NCBI GenBank assembly: GCA_964016885.1
Contig: OZ024744.1
Span: 128,712,001-128,776,000 of the forward strand
Source: Eledone cirrhosa
Taxonomy: Eukaryota
Length of the DNA: 64,000 nt
Direction of reading: 5' to 3'
Position 1 is the first letter of the stretch, and every line of letters begins with the position of its first letter. A program made the position numbers and the translations under genes. This document shows, one piece after another, positions 22,485 to 36,160 of the stretch. The notes under the pieces are model-generated. The model saw nothing but the letters and a program-made list of their open reading frames with translations, was not told where the DNA came from and made no database searches.

Positions 22485-23669
22485 TTTTTTTCGAAAAACC
22501 TAAAAAAATCAGTTTTCGAAATCAGAAGTTAATATTTCGAAAAACGCAATTTTAAAAACTCATATTAATTTTTTTTCGAATGAATTCTTTCATACTTTTA
22601 GAAATATTTATATCTGATTTCAAATATTGATTTTTTTTAGGTTTTTCGAAAAATCTTATATAATCAATTTTTTTTAGGTTTTTCGAAAAAGAATGAATTT
22701 GAGTTCATAGTCGAAATATATACTTCTGCATTAATCTTTGATTTTTTGCATGTTTTGAAATTTAAAAAAAACGTAAAAAAACAATATTTCGAAAAACGCA
22801 ATTTGAAAAACTCATATTAATTTTTTTTCGAATGAATTCTTTTATACTTTTAGAAATATTTATATCTGATTTTAAATATTGATTTTTTTAGGTTTACCTT
22901 ATATAATCAAATTTTTTTAGGTTGTTCGAAAAATCTTATATAATCAAATTTTTTTAGGTTTTTCGAAAAAGAATTTGAGTTCATAGTCGAAATATATACT
23001 TCTGCATTAATCTTTTTACGTTTTTCTGATTTTTTGCATGTTTTGAAATTTAAAAAAAACGTAAAAAATTAATGCTTTTACAAATATTTTGAAATATTTA
23101 CTTTCTGGTTTCAAATTTTGTAAATTAAATTTTTTTCGAAAAACCTAAAAAAATCAGTTTTCGAAATCAGAAGTTAATATTTCGAAAAACGCAATTTAAA
23201 AAACTCATATTAATTTTTTTTCGAATGAATTCTTTTAGAAATATTTATATCTGATTTCAAATATTGATTTTTTTAGGTTTACCTTATATAATCAAATTTT
23301 TTTAGGTTTTTCAAAAACCTTATATAATCAATTTTTTTTAGGTTTTTCGAAAAACCTTACATAATCAATTTTTTTTAGGTTTTTTCGAAAAACCTTATAT
23401 AATCAATTTTTTACGTTTTTAGAAAAACCTTATATAATCAATTTTTTTATACTTTTAGAAATATTTATATCTTATTTCAAATATTGATTTTTTTTAGATT
23501 TTTCGAAATACCTTATATAATCAATTTTTCTAGGTGTTTCGAAAAACCTTATATAATCAATTTTTTTTAGGTTTTTCGAAAGACCTTATATAATCAATTT
23601 TTTTTAGGTTTTTCGAAAAACCTTATATAATCAATTTTTTTAGGTTTTTCGACAACCTTATATAATCAA
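22485..23669. repeat. AT-rich island 3: 5'-truncated, diverged copy (1,185 bp)
   Basis: Starts mid-unit at TTTTTTTCGAAAAACCTAAAAAAATCAG. Private variants GTTGTTCGAA, GAAAAAGAATTTGAG and CTAGGTGTTTCG. Ends with the usual CGACAACCTTATATAATCAA. Confidence 0.93.
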
Positions 23670-26600
23670 GTTGAGTTGGGGTTAAGTTAATTGGGGTTAA
23701 ATTAAGTTAGGGTTGAGTTAAGTTGGGGTTAAGTTAAGTTGGGGTTATATTAAGTTGGGGTTAAGTTAAGTTGAGGTTAAGTAAAGTTGGGGTTCAGTTA
23801 AGTTGGGGTTAAGTTAAGTTAGGCTTAACTTAAGTTGGGGTTAATTTAAGTTGGGGGTGAGTTAAGTTGGGGGTAAGTTAAGTTGGGGTTAAGTTAAGTT
23901 GGGGTTAAGTTGGGGTTAAGTTAATTTAGGGTTAAGTTAAGTTGGGGTTGAGTTAAGTTGGGGTTAAGTTAAGTGGTGGTTATGTTAAGTTGGGGTTAAG
24001 TTAAGTTGGGGTTAATTTAAATTGGGGTTAATTTAACTTTGTGGTTAAGTTAATTTGGGGTTAATTTAAGTTGGGGTTAAGTTAAGTTGGCGTTGAGTTA
24101 AGCTGGGGTTAAGTTAAGTTGGGGTTAAAATAAGTTGGGGTTAAGTTAAGTTGGGGTTGAGTTAAGTTGGGGTTGAGTTAATTTGGGGTTAAGTTAAGTT
24201 GGGGTTAACTTAAGTTGGGTTTAATTTAAGTTGGGGTTAAGTTAAGTTGGGGTTATAATTAAGTTGGGGTTAAGTTAAGTTGGGGGTAAGATAAGTTGGG
24301 GTTAGTTAAGTTGCGGTTAAGTTAAGTTGGGGTTAAGTTAAGTTGGGGTTAAGTTAAGTTGGGGTTAAGTTAAGTTGGGGTAAAGTTAAGTTGGGGGTAA
24401 GTTAAGTTGGGGTTAAGTTAAGTTGGGGTTAAGTTGGGGTTAAGTTAAGTTAGGGTTAACTTAAGTTGGGGTTGTGTTAAGTGGTGGTTATGTTAAGTGG
24501 TGGTTATGTTAAGTTGGGGTTAAGTTAAGTTGGGGTTAAGTTAAATTGGGGTTAAGTTAAGTTGCGGTTAAGTTAAGTTGGGGTTAAGTTAAGTTGGGGT
24601 TAAGTTAATTAGGGTTAAGTTAATTTGTGGTTAAGTTAAGTTGGGGTTAAGTTAAGTTGGGGTTAAGTTAAGTTGGGGATAAGTTAAGTTGAGGATAAGT
24701 TAAGTTGGGGTTAATTAAGTTGGGTTTAAGTTAAGTTGGGGTTAAGTTAAGTTGGGGTTAAGTTAAGTGGGGTTAAGTTAAGTTGGTTAGTTAAGTTGAG
24801 TTTAAGTTAAGTTGGGGTTAATTTAATTTGGGGTTAAGTTAAGTTGGGGTTAAGTTAATTTGGGGTTAAGTTAAGTTGGGGTTCAGTTAAGTTGGGGTTA
24901 AGTTAAGTTGGGGTTAAGTTGGGGTAAAATTAAGTTGGGGTTAAGTTAAGTTGCGGTTAAGTTAAAATGAGGTTAAGTTAAGTTGGGGTTAAGTTAAGTT
25001 GGGGTTAAGTTAAGTTGGGGCTAAGTTAAGTTGGGGCTAAGTTAAGTTGGGGCTAAGTTAAGTTGGGGTTAAGTTAACTTTGGGTTAAGTTAAGTTGGGT
25101 TTGAGTTAAGTTGGGGTTAATTAAGTTGGGGTTAAGTTAAGTTGGGGTTAAGTTAAGTTGGGGTTAAGTTAAGTTGGGGTTAAGTTAAGTTGATGTTAAG
25201 TTAAGTTGGGGTTAATTTAAGTTGGGGTTAAGTTAAGTTGGGGCTAAGTTAAGTTGGAGCTAAGTTAAGTTGGGGCTAAGTTAAGTTGGGGTTAAGTTAA
25301 GTTGGGGTTAAGTTAAGGTGGGGTTAAGTTAAGTTGGGGTCAACTTAAGTAGGGGTTAAGTTAAGTTGGGGTTAACTTAAGTTGGGGTTAAGTTAAGTTG
25401 GGGTTAAGTTAAGTTGGGGTTAAGTTAAGTTGGGGTTACGTTAAGTTGGGGGTAAGTTAAGTTGGTGGTAAGTTAAGTTGGGGGTAAGTTAAGATGGGGT
25501 TAAGTTAGGGTTAAGTTAAGTTAGGGTTAAGTTAATTTGGGGTTGAGTTAAGTTGGGGTTAAGTTAAGTGGTGGTTATGTTAAGTTGGGGTTAAGTTAAG
25601 TTGGGGTTAATTTAAATTGGGGTTAATTTAAATTTGTTGTTAAGTTAAGTTGGGGTTAATTTAAGTTGGGGTTACGTTAAGTTGGGGGTAAGTTAAGTTG
25701 GTGGTAAGTTAAGTTGGGGGTAAGTTAAGATGGGGTTAAGTTAGGGTTAAGTTAAGTTAGGGTTAAGTTAAGTTGGGGTTGAGTTAAGTTGGGGTTGAGT
25801 GAAGTTGGGGTTAAGTTAAGTTGGGGTTAAGTTAAGTTGGGGTTGAGTTAAGTTGGGGTTAATTTAAGTTGGGGCTAAGTTCATTTGGGGTTCAGTTAAG
25901 TTGGGGTTAAATTAAGTTGGGGTTAAGTTAAGTTGGGGTTAAATTAAGTTGGGGTTAAGTTAAGTTGGGGTTAAGTTAAGTTGGGATTAAGTTAATTTGG
26001 GGTTAAGTGAAGTTAGGGTTAAGTTAAGTTGGGGTTGAGTTAAGTTGGGGGTAAGTTAAGTTGGGGTTATGTTAAGTTGGGGTTACGTTAAGTTGGGTTT
26101 AAGTTAAGTTGGGGTTAAGTTAAGTTGGGGTTAAGTTAAGTTGGGGTTAATTTAAGTTGGGGTTAAGTTAAGTTGGGCTTAATTTAAGTTGGGGTTAAGT
26201 TAAGTTGGGGTTAAGTTAAGTTGGGGTTAAATTAAGTTGGGGTTAAGTTAAGTTGGGGTTAAGTTAAGTTGGGGTTAAGTTAATTTGGGGTTAAGTTAAG
26301 TTAGGGTAAAGTTAAGTTGGGGTTGAGTTAAGTTGGGGTAAGTTAAGTAGGGGTTAAGTTAAGTTGGGGTTAAGTTAAGTTGGGGTTAAGTTAATTTAGG
26401 CTTAACTTAAGTTGGGGTTAAGTTAAGTTGGGGGTGAGTTAAGTTGGGGGTAAGTTAAGTTGGGGTTAAGTTAAGTTGGGGTTAAGTTGGGGTTAAGTTA
26501 AGTTAGGGTTAAGTTAATTTGGGGTTGAGTTAAGTTGGGGTTAAGTTAAGTGGTGGTTATGTTAAGTTGGGGTTAAGTTAAGTTGGGGTTAATTTAAATT

Positions 26601-29600
26601 GGGGTTAATTTAAATTTGTTGTTAAGTTAAGTTGGGGTTAATTTAAGTTGGGGTTAAGTTAAGTTGGGGTTGAGTTACGTTGTGGTTGAGTGAAGTTGGG
26701 GTTAAGTTAAGTTGGGGTTAAATTAAGTTGGGGTTAAGTTAAGTTGGGGTTGAGTTAAGTTGGGGTTAATTTAAGTTGGGGCTAAGTTAATTTGGGGTTA
26801 AGTTAAGTTGGGGTTAAATTAAGTTGGGGTTAAGTTAAGTTGGGGTTAAGTTAAGTTGGGGTTAAGTTAATTTGGGGTTAAGTGAAGTTAGGGTTAAGTT
26901 AAGTTGGGGCTGAGTTAAGTTGGGGGTAAGTTAAGTTGGGGTTATGTTAAGTTGGGGTTAAGTTAAGTTGGGGTTAAGTTAAGTTGGGGTTCAGTTAAGT
27001 TGCGGTTAAGTTAAGTTGGGGTTAAGTTAAGTTGGGGTTAAGTTAAGTTGGGGTTAATTTAAGTTGGGGTTAAGTTAAGTTGGGGTTAAGTTAAGTTGGG
27101 GTTAAATTCAGTCGGGGTTAAGTTAAGTCGGGGTTAAGTTACGTTGGGGTTAAGTTAAGTTGGGGTTAAGTTAAGTTGGGGTTGAGTTAAGTTGGGGTTA
27201 AGTTAAGTTGGGGTTAAGTTAAGTTGGGGTTAAGTTAAGTTGGGGTTAATTTAAGTTGGGGTTAATTTAAGTTGGGGTTAAGTTAAGTTGGGGTTAAGTT
27301 AAGTTGGGGTAACGTTAAGTTGGGGGTAAGTTAAGTTGGGGTTAAGTTAAGTTGGGGTTAAGTTGGGGTTAAGTTAAGTTAGGGTTAACTTAAGTTGGGG
27401 TTGTGTTAAGTGGTGGTTATGTTAAGTGGTGGTTATGTTAAGTTGGGGTTAAGTTAAGTTGGGGTTAAGTTAAGTTGGGGTTAAGTTAAGTTGGGGTTAA
27501 GTTAATTAGGGTTAAGTTAAGTTGGGTTTAAGTTAAGTTGGGTTTAAGTTAATTTGTGGTTAAGTTAAGTTGGGGTTAAGTTAAGTTGGGGTTAAGTTAA
27601 GTTGGGGATAAGTTAAGTTGGGGATAAGTTAAGTTGGGGTTAATTAAGTTGGGTTTAAGTTAAGTTGGGGTTAAGTTAAGTCGGGGTTAAGTTAAGTTGG
27701 GGTTAAGTTAAGTTGGTTAGTTAAGTTGAGTTTAAGTTAAGTTGGGGTTAATTTAAGTTGGGGTTAAGTTAAGTTGGGGTTAAGTTAAGTTGGGGTTAAG
27801 TTAAGTTGGGGTTAAGTTAAGTTGGGGTTCAGTTAAGTTGGGGTTAAGTTAAGTTGGGGTTAAGTTGGGGTAAAATTAAGTTGGGGTTAAGTTAAGTTAG
27901 GGTTAACTTAAGTTGGGGTTGTGTTAAGTGGTGGTTATGTTAAGTGGTGGTTATGTTAAGTTGGGGTTAAGTTAAGTTGGGGTTAAGTTAAGTTGGGGTT
28001 AAGTTAAGTTGGGGTTAAGTTAATTAGGGTTAAGTTAAGTTGGGTTTAAGTTAAGTTGGGTTTAAGTTAATTTGTGGTTAAGTTAAGTTGGGGTTAAGTT
28101 AAGTTGGGGTTAAGTTAAGTTGGGGATAAGTTAAGTTGGGGATAAGTTAAGTTGGGGTTAATTAAGTTGGGTTTAAGTTAAGTTGGGGTTAAGTTAAGTC
28201 GGGGTTAAGTTAAGTTGGGGTTAAGTTAAGTTGGTTAGTTAAGTTGAGTTTAAGTTAAGTTGGGGTTAATTTAAGTTGGGGTTAAGTTAAGTTGGGGTTA
28301 AGTTAAGTTGGGGTTAAGTTAAGTTGGGGTTCAGTTAAGTTGGGGTTAAGTTAAGTTGGGGTTAAGTTGGGGTAAAATTAAGTTGGGGTTAAGTTAAGTT
28401 GGGGTTAAGTTAAGTTGCGGTTAAGTTAAGTTGCCGTTAAGTTAAGTTGAGGTTAAGTTAAGTTGGGGTTAAGTTAAGTTGGGGTTAAGTTAAGTTGGGG
28501 CTAAGTTAAGTTGGGGCTAAGTTAAGTTGGGGTTAAGTTAACTTTGGGTTAAGTTAAGTTGGGTTTGAGTTAAGTTGGGGTTAATTAAGTTGGGGTTAAG
28601 TTAAGTTGGGGTTAAGTTGGGGTTAAGTTAAGTTGCGGTTAAGTTAAGTTGATGTTAAGTTAAGTTGGGGTTAAGTTAAGTTGGGGTTAAGTTAAGTTGG
28701 GGCTAAGTTAAGTTGGAGCTGAGTTAAGTTGGGGCTAAGTTAAGTTGGGGTTAAGTTAAGTTGGGGTTAAGTTAAGGTGGGGTTAAGTTAAGTTGGGGTC
28801 AACTTAAGTTGGGGTTAAGTTAAGTTGGGGTTAACTTAAGTTGGGGTTAAGTTAAGTTGGGGTTAAGTTAAGTTGGGGTTAAGTTAAGTTGGGGTTACGT
28901 TAAGTTGGGGGTAAGTCAAGTTGGTGTTAAGTTAAGTTGGCGGTAAGTTAAGATGGGGTTAAGTTAAGTTGGGGTTAATTTAATTTGGGGTTAAGTTAAG
29001 TTAGGGTTAAGTTAAGTTGGGGTTGAGTTAAGTTGGGGTTAAGTTAAGTTGGGGTTATGTTAAGTTGGGGTTAAGTTAAGTTGGGGTTAAGTTAAGTTGG
29101 GGTTATGTTAAGTTGGGGTTAAGTTAAGTTGGGGTTAAGTTAAGTTGGGGTTCAATTAAGTTGGGGTTAAGTTAAGTTGGGGTTATGTTAAGTTGGTGTT
29201 AAGTTAAGTTGGGGTTAAGTTAAGTTGGGGTTAAGTTAGGTTGGTGTTAATTTAAGTTGGGGGTAGGTTAAGTTGGGGTAAGTTAAGTTGGTGTTAAGTT
29301 AAGTTGGGGTTAAGTTAAGTTGGGGTTAAGTTAAGTTGGGTTTAAGTTAAGTTGGGGCTAAGTTAAGTTAGGGCTAAGTTAAGTTGGGGTTAAGTAAAGT
29401 TAGGGCTAAGTTAAGTTGGGGTTAAGTTAAGTTGGGGTTAATTTAAGTTGGGGTTACATTAAGTTGATGTTAAGTTAAGTTGGGGTTAAGTTAAGTTGGG
29501 GTTAAGTTAAGTTGGGGTTAAATTAAGTTGGGGTTAAATTAAGTTGGGGTTAAGTTAAGTTGGGGTTAAGTTAGGTTGGTGTTAAGTTAAGTTGGGGTTA

Positions 29601-32600
29601 AGTTAATTTGTGGTTAAGTTAAGTTGGGGTTAAGTTAAGTTGGGGTTAAGTTCAGTCGGGGTTAAGTTAAGTCGGGGTTAAGTTAAGTTGGGGTTAAGTT
29701 AAGTTGCGGTTAAGTTAAGTTGGGGTTAATTTAAGTTGGGGTTAAGTTAATTAGGGTTAAGTTAAGTTGGGGTTAAGTTAAGTTGGGGTTAAGTTAAGTT
29801 GGGGTTAAGTTAAGTTGGGTTTAAGTTAAGTTGGGGCTAAGTTAAGTTAGGGCTAAGTTAAGTTGGGGTTAAGTTAAGTTGGGGTTAATTTAAGTTGGGG
29901 TTACATTAAGTTGAGGTTAAGTTAAGTTGTGGTTAAGTTAAGTTAGGGTTAATTTAAGTTAGGGTTATGTTAAGTTGGGGTTAAGTTAAGTTGGGGTTAA
30001 GTTAGGTTGGTGTTAAGTTAAGTTGGGGTTAAGTTAAGTTGGGGTTATGTTAAGTTGGGGTTAAGTTAAGTTGGGGTTAAGTTAAGTTAGGGTTGAGTTA
30101 AGTTGGGGTTGAGTTAAGTTGGGGTTGAGTGAAGTTGGGGTTAAGTTAAGTTGGGGTTAAATTAAGTTGGGGTTAAGTTAAGTTGGGGTTGAGTTAAGTT
30201 GGGGTTAATTTAAGTTGGGTTTAAGTTAAGTTGGGTTTAAGTTAAGTTGGGGTTGAATTAAGTTGGGGTTAAATTAAGTTGGGGTTAAGTTAAGTTGGGG
30301 GTAAGTTAAGTTGGGGGCAAGTTAAGTTGGGGTTAAGTTAAGTTGGGGTTAAGTTAAGTTGGGGTTAATTTAAGTTGGGGTTATGTTAAGTTGGGGTTAA
30401 GTTAAGTTGGGGTTAAGTTAAGTTGGGGTTAAGTTAAGTTGGTGTTAAGTTAAGTTGGGGGTAAGTTACGTTAGGGCTAAGTTACGTTGGGGTTAACTTA
30501 ACCCCAACTTAACTTAACCCCAACTTAACTTAGACCCAACTTAACTGAGCCCCAACTTAACTTAACCCCAACGTAACTTAGCCCTAACGTAACTTACCCC
30601 CAACTTAACTTAACACCAACTTAACTTAACCCCAACTTAACTTAACCCCAACTTAACTTACCCCCAACTTAACTTACCCCCACCTTAACTTACCCCCAAC
30701 TTAACTTAACCCCAACTTAACTTAACTTAACCCCAACTTAAGTTAAGTTTGGGTTAAGGTTGGGGTTAAATTAAGTTGGGGTTAAGTTAAGTTGGAGTTA
30801 AGTTAAGTTGGGGTTAAGTTAAGTTGGGGGTAAGTTAAGTTGGGGTTAAGTTAAGTTGGGGTTAAGTTAAGTTGGGGTTAAGTTAAGTTCGGGTTAAGTT
30901 AAGTTGGTGTTAAGTTAAGTTGGGGCTGAGTTAAGTTGGGGCTAAGTTAAGTTGGGTCTAAGTTAAGTTGGGGTTAAGTTAAGTTGGGGTTAAGTTAAGT
31001 TGGTGTTAAATTAAGTTGGGGTTAAATTAAGTTGGTGTTAAGTTAAGTTGGGGTTAAGTTAAGTTGGGGTTAATTAAGTTGGGGTTAAGTTAAGTTGGGG
31101 TTAAGTTAATTGGGGTTAAATTAAGTTAGGGTTGAGTTAAGTTGGGGTTAAGTTAAGTTGGGGTTATATTAAGTTGGGGTTAAGTTAAGTTGGGGTTAAG
31201 TAAAGTTGGGGTTCAGTTAATTTGGGGTTAAGTGAAGTTAGGGTTAAGTTAAGTTGGGGTTGAGTTAAGTTGGGGGTAAGTTAAGTTGGGGTTATGTTAA
31301 GTTGGGGTTACGTTAAGTTGGGTTTAAGTTAAGTTGGGGTTAAGTTAAGTTGGGGTTAAGTTAAGTTGGGGTTAATTTAAGTTGGGGTTAAGTTAATTTG
31401 GGCTTAATTTAAGTTGGGGTTAAGTTAAGTTGGGGTTAAGTTAAGTTGGGGTTAAATTAAGTTGGGCTTAAGTTAAGTTGGGGTTAAGTTAAGTTGGGGT
31501 TAAGTTAATTTGGGGTTAAGTTAAGTTAGGGTAAAGTTAAGTTGGGGTTGAGTTAAGTTGGGGTAAGTTAAGTTGGGGTTAAGTTAAGTTGGGGTTAAGT
31601 TAAGTTGGGGTTAAGTTAAGTTAGGCTTAACTTAAGTTGGGGTTAAGTTAAGTTGGGGGTGAGTTAAGTTGGGGGTAAGTTAAGTTGGGGTTAAGTTAAG
31701 TTGGGGTTAAGTTGGGGTTAAGTTAAGTTAGGGTTAAGTTAATTTGGGGTTGAGTTAAGTTGGGGTTAAGTTAAGTGGTGGTTATGTTAAGTTGGGGTTA
31801 AGTTAAGTTGGGGTTAATTTAAATTGGGGTTAATTTAAATTTGTTGTTAAGTTAAGTTGGGGTTAATTTAAGTTGGGGTTAAGTTAAGTTGGGGTTGAGT
31901 TAAGTTGTGGTTGAGTGAAGTTGGGGTTAAGTTAAGTTGGGGTTAAATTAAGTTGGGGTTAAGTTAAGTTGGGGTTGAGTTAAGTTGGGGTTAATTTAAG
32001 TTGGGGCTAAGTTAATTTGGGGTTAAGTTAAGTTGGGGTTAAATTAAGTTGGGGTTAAGTTAAGTTGGGGTTAAGTTAAGTTGGGGTTAAGTTAATTTGG
32101 GGTTAAGTGAAGTTAGGGTTAAGTTAAGTTGGGGCTGAGTTAAGTTGGGGGTAAGTTAAGTTGGGGTTATGTTAAGTTGGGGTTAAGTTAAGTTGGGGTT
32201 AAGTTAAGTTGGGGTTCAGTTAAGTTGCGGTTAAGTTAAGTTGGGGTTAAGTTAAGTTGGGGTTAAGTTAAGTTGGGGTTAATTTAAGTTGTGGTTAAGT
32301 TAAGTTGGGGTTAAGTTAAGTTGGGGTTAAATTCAGTCGGGGTTAAGTTAAGTCGGGGTTAAGTTACGTTGGGGTTAAGTTAAGTTGGGGTTAAGTTAAG
32401 TTGGGGTTGAGTTAAGTTGGGGTTAAGTTAAGTTGGGGTTAAGTTAAGTTGGGGTTAAGTTAAGTTGGGGTTAATTTAAGTTGGGGTTAAGTTAAGTTGG
32501 GGTTAATTTAAGTTGGGGTTAATTTAAGTTGGGGTTAAGTTAAGTTGGGGTTAAGTTAAGTTGGGGTAACGTTAAGTTGGGGGTAAGTTAAGTTGGGGTT

Positions 32601-35600
32601 AAGTTAAGTTGGGGTTAAGTTGGGGTTAAGTTAAGTTAGGGTTAACTTAAGTTGGGGTTGTGTTAAGTGGTGGTTATGTTAAGTGGTGGTTATGTTAAGT
32701 TGGGGTTAAGTTAAGTTGGGGTTAAGTTAAGTTGGGGTTAAGTTAAGTTGGGGTTAAGTTAATTAGGGTTAAGTTAAGTTGGGTTTAAGTTAAGTTGGGG
32801 TTAAGTTAATTTGTGGTTAAGTTAAGTTGGGGTTAAGTTAAGTTGGGGATAAGTTAAGTTGGGGATAAGTTAAGTTGGGGTTAATTAAGTTGGGTTTAAG
32901 TTAAGTTGGGGTTAAGTTAAGTCGGGGTTAAGTTAAGTTGGGGTTAAGTTAAGTTGGTTAGTTAAGTTGAGTTTAAGTTAAGTTGGGGTTAATTTAAGTT
33001 GGGGTTAAGTTAAGTTGGGGTTAAGTTAAGTTGGGGTTAAGTTGGGGTAAAATTAAGTTGGGGTTAAGTTAAGTTGGGGTTAAGTTAAGTTGCGGTTAAG
33101 TTAAGTTGCCGTTAAGTTAAGTTGAGGTTAAGTTAAGTTGGGGTTAAGTTAAGTTGGGGTTAAGTTAAGTTGGGGCTAAGTTAAGTTGGGGCTAAGTTAA
33201 GTTGGGGTTAAGTTAACTTTGGGTTAAGTTAAGTTGGGTTTGAGTTAAGTTGGGGTTAATTAAGTTGGGGTTAAGTTAAGTTGGGGTTAAGTTGGGGTTA
33301 AGTTAAGTTGCGGTTAAGTTAAGTTGATGTTAAGTTAAGTTGGGGTTAAGTTAAGTTGGGGTTAAGTTAAGTTGGGGCTAAGTTAAGTTGGAGCTGAGTT
33401 AAGTTGGGGCTAAGTTAAGTTGGGGTTAAGTTAAGTTGGGGTTAAGTTAAGGTGGGGTTAAGTTAAGTTGGGGTCAACTTAAGTTGGGGTTAAGTTAAGT
33501 TGGGGTTAACTTAAGTTGGGGTTAAGTTAAGTTGGGGTTAAGTTAAGTTGGGGTTAAGTTAAGTTGGGGTTACGTTAAGTTGGGGGTAAGTCAAGTTGGT
33601 GTTAAGTTAAGTTGGCGGTAAGTTAAGATGGGGTTAAGTTAAGTTGGGGTTAATTTAATTTGGGGTTAAGTTAAGTTAGGGTTAAGTTAAGTTGGGGTTG
33701 AGTTAAGTTGGGGTTAAGTTAAGTTGGGGTTATGTTAAGTTGGGGTTAAGTTAAGTTGGGGTTAAGTTAAGTTGGGGTTCAATTAAGTTGCGGATAATTT
33801 AAGTTGGGGTTAAGTTAAGTTGGGGTTAAGTTAAGTTGCGGTTAAGTTAAGTTGCCGTTAAGTTAAGTTGAGGTTAAGTTAAGTTGGGGTTAAGTTAAGT
33901 TGGGGTTAAGTTAAGTTGGGGCTAAGTTAAGTTGGGGCTAAGTTAAGTTGGGGTTAAGTTAACTTTGGGTTAAGTTAAGTTGGGTTTGAGTTAAGTTGGG
34001 GTTAATTAAGTTGGGGTTAAGTTAAGTTGGGGTTAAGTTGGGGTTAAGTTAAGTTGCGGTTAAGTTAAGTTGATGTTAAGTTAAGTTGGGGTTAAGTTAA
34101 GTTGGGGTTAAGTTAAGTTGGGGCTAAGTTAAGTTGGAGCTGAGTTAAGTTGGGGCTAAGTTAAGTTGGGGTTAAGTTAAGTTGGGGTTAAGTTAAGGTG
34201 GGGTTAAGTTAAGTTGGGGTCAACTTAAGTTGGGGTTAAGTTAAGTTGGGGTTAACTTAAGTTGGGGTTAAGTTAAGTTGGGGTTAAGTTAAGTTGGGGT
34301 TAAGTTAAGTTGGGGTTACGTTAAGTTGGGGGTAAGTCAAGTTGGTGTTAAGTTAAGTTGGCGGTAAGTTAAGATGGGGTTAAGTTAAGTTGGGGTTAAT
34401 TTAATTTGGGGTTAAGTTAAGTTAGGGTTAAGTTAAGTTGGGGTTGAGTTAAGTTGGGGTTAAGTTAAGTTGGGGTTATGTTAAGTTGGGGTTAAGTTAA
34501 GTTGGGGTTAAGTTAAGTTGGGGTTCAATTAAGTTGCGGATAATTTAAGTTGGGGTTAAGTTAAGTTGGGGTTAAGTTAAGTTGGGGTTAATTTAAGTTG
34601 GGGTTAAATTAAGTTGGGGTTAAATTAAGTTGGGGTTAAGTTAAGTTGGGGTTATGTTAAGTTGGTGTTAAGTTAAGTTGGGGTTAAGTTAAGTTGGGGT
34701 TAAGTTAGGTTGGTGTTAATTTAAGTTGGGGGTAAGTTAAGTTGGGGTAAGTTAAGTTGGTGTTAAGTTAAGTTGGGGTTAAGTTAAGTTGGGGTTAAGT
34801 TAAGTTGGGGTTCAATTAAGTTGCGGGTAATTTAAGTTGGGGTTAAGTTAAGTTGGGGGTACGTTAAGTTGGGGGTAAGTTAAGTTGGGGTTAAGTTAAG
34901 TTGGGGTTAAGTTAAGTCGGGGTTAATTTAAGTTGCGGTTAAGTTAAGTTGGGGTTAAGTTAAGTTGGGGTTAAGTTAAGTTGGGATTAAGTTAAGTTGG
35001 GGTTAAGTTAAGTTGGGGTTGAGTTAAGTTGGGGTTAAGTTAGATTATTGTTAATTTATTTTGGGGTTAAGTTAAGTTGGGGTTAAGTTAAGTTGGGGTT
35101 AATTTAAGTTGGGGTTAAGTTAAGTGGGGGTTAAGTTGAGTTGGGGTTAAGTTAAGTTGGGGTTAAGTTAAGTTGGGGTTAAGATAAGTTGGGGTTAAGT
35201 TAAGTTGGGGTTGAGTTAAGTTCGGGTTGAGTTAATTTGGGGTTAACTTAAGTTGGGGTTAACTTAAGTTGGGGTTAAGTTAAGTTGGGTTTATGTTAAG
35301 TTGGGGATAAGTTAAGTTGGGGTTAAGTTAAGTTGGGGTTCAATTAAGTTGCGGTTAATTTAAGTTGGGGTTAAGTTAAGTTGGGGTTAAGTTAAGTTGA
35401 GGTTAAGTTAAGTTGGGGTTAAATTAAGTAAGGGCTAAGTTAAGTTGAGGTTATGTTAAGTTGGTGTTAAGTTAAGTTGGGGTTAAGTTAAGTTGGGGTT
35501 AAGTTAAGTTGGGGTTTAAGTTAAGTTGGGGTTAAGTTAAGTTGGGGTTAATTTAATTTGGGGTTAAGTTAAGTTAGGGTTAAGTTAAGTTGGGGTTGAG

Positions 35601-36160
35601 TTAAGTTGGGGTTAAGTTAAGTTGGGGTTATGTTAAGTTGGGGATAAGTTAAGTTGGGGTTAAGTTAAGTTGGGGTTCAATTAAGTTGCGGTTAATTTAA
35701 GTTGGGGTTAAGTTAAGTTCGGGTTAAGTTAAGTTGGGGTTAAGTTAAGTTGGGGTTAAATTAAGTTAGGGCTAAGTTAAGTTGAGGTTATGTTAAGTTG
35801 GTGTTAAGTTAAGTTGGGGTTAAGTTAAGTTGGGGTTAAGTTAAGTTGGGGTTAAGTTAAGTTGGGTTTAAGTTAAGTTGGGGCTAAGTTAAGTTGGGGT
35901 TAAGTTAAGTTGGGGTTAAGTTAAGTTGGGGTTAAGTTAGGTTGGTGTTAAGTTAAGTTGGGGGTAAGTTAAGTTGGGGGTAAGTTAAGTTGGTGTTAAG
36001 TTAAGTTGGGGTTAAGTTAAGTTGGGGCTAAGTTAAGTTGGGGCTAAGTTAAGTTGGGGTTAAGTTAAGTTGGGTCTAAGTTAAGTTGGGGTTAAGTTAA
36101 GTTGGGGTTAACTTAAGTTGGGGGTAAGTTAAGTTGGGTTTGAGTTAAGTTGGGGTTAAG
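23670..36160 (+). repeat. 16-bp G-rich satellite, block 3
   Basis: 16-bp period. The right part (~28.4-36.1 kb) parallels ~10.6-18.3 kb at an offset of ~17.8 kb. Confidence 0.98.
30497..30739 (-). repeat. Inverted (C-rich) satellite tract, copy 2 (243 bp)
   Basis: Same boundaries and variants as copy 1, plus one extra monomer (TTAACACCAAC variant). Confidence 0.97.
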
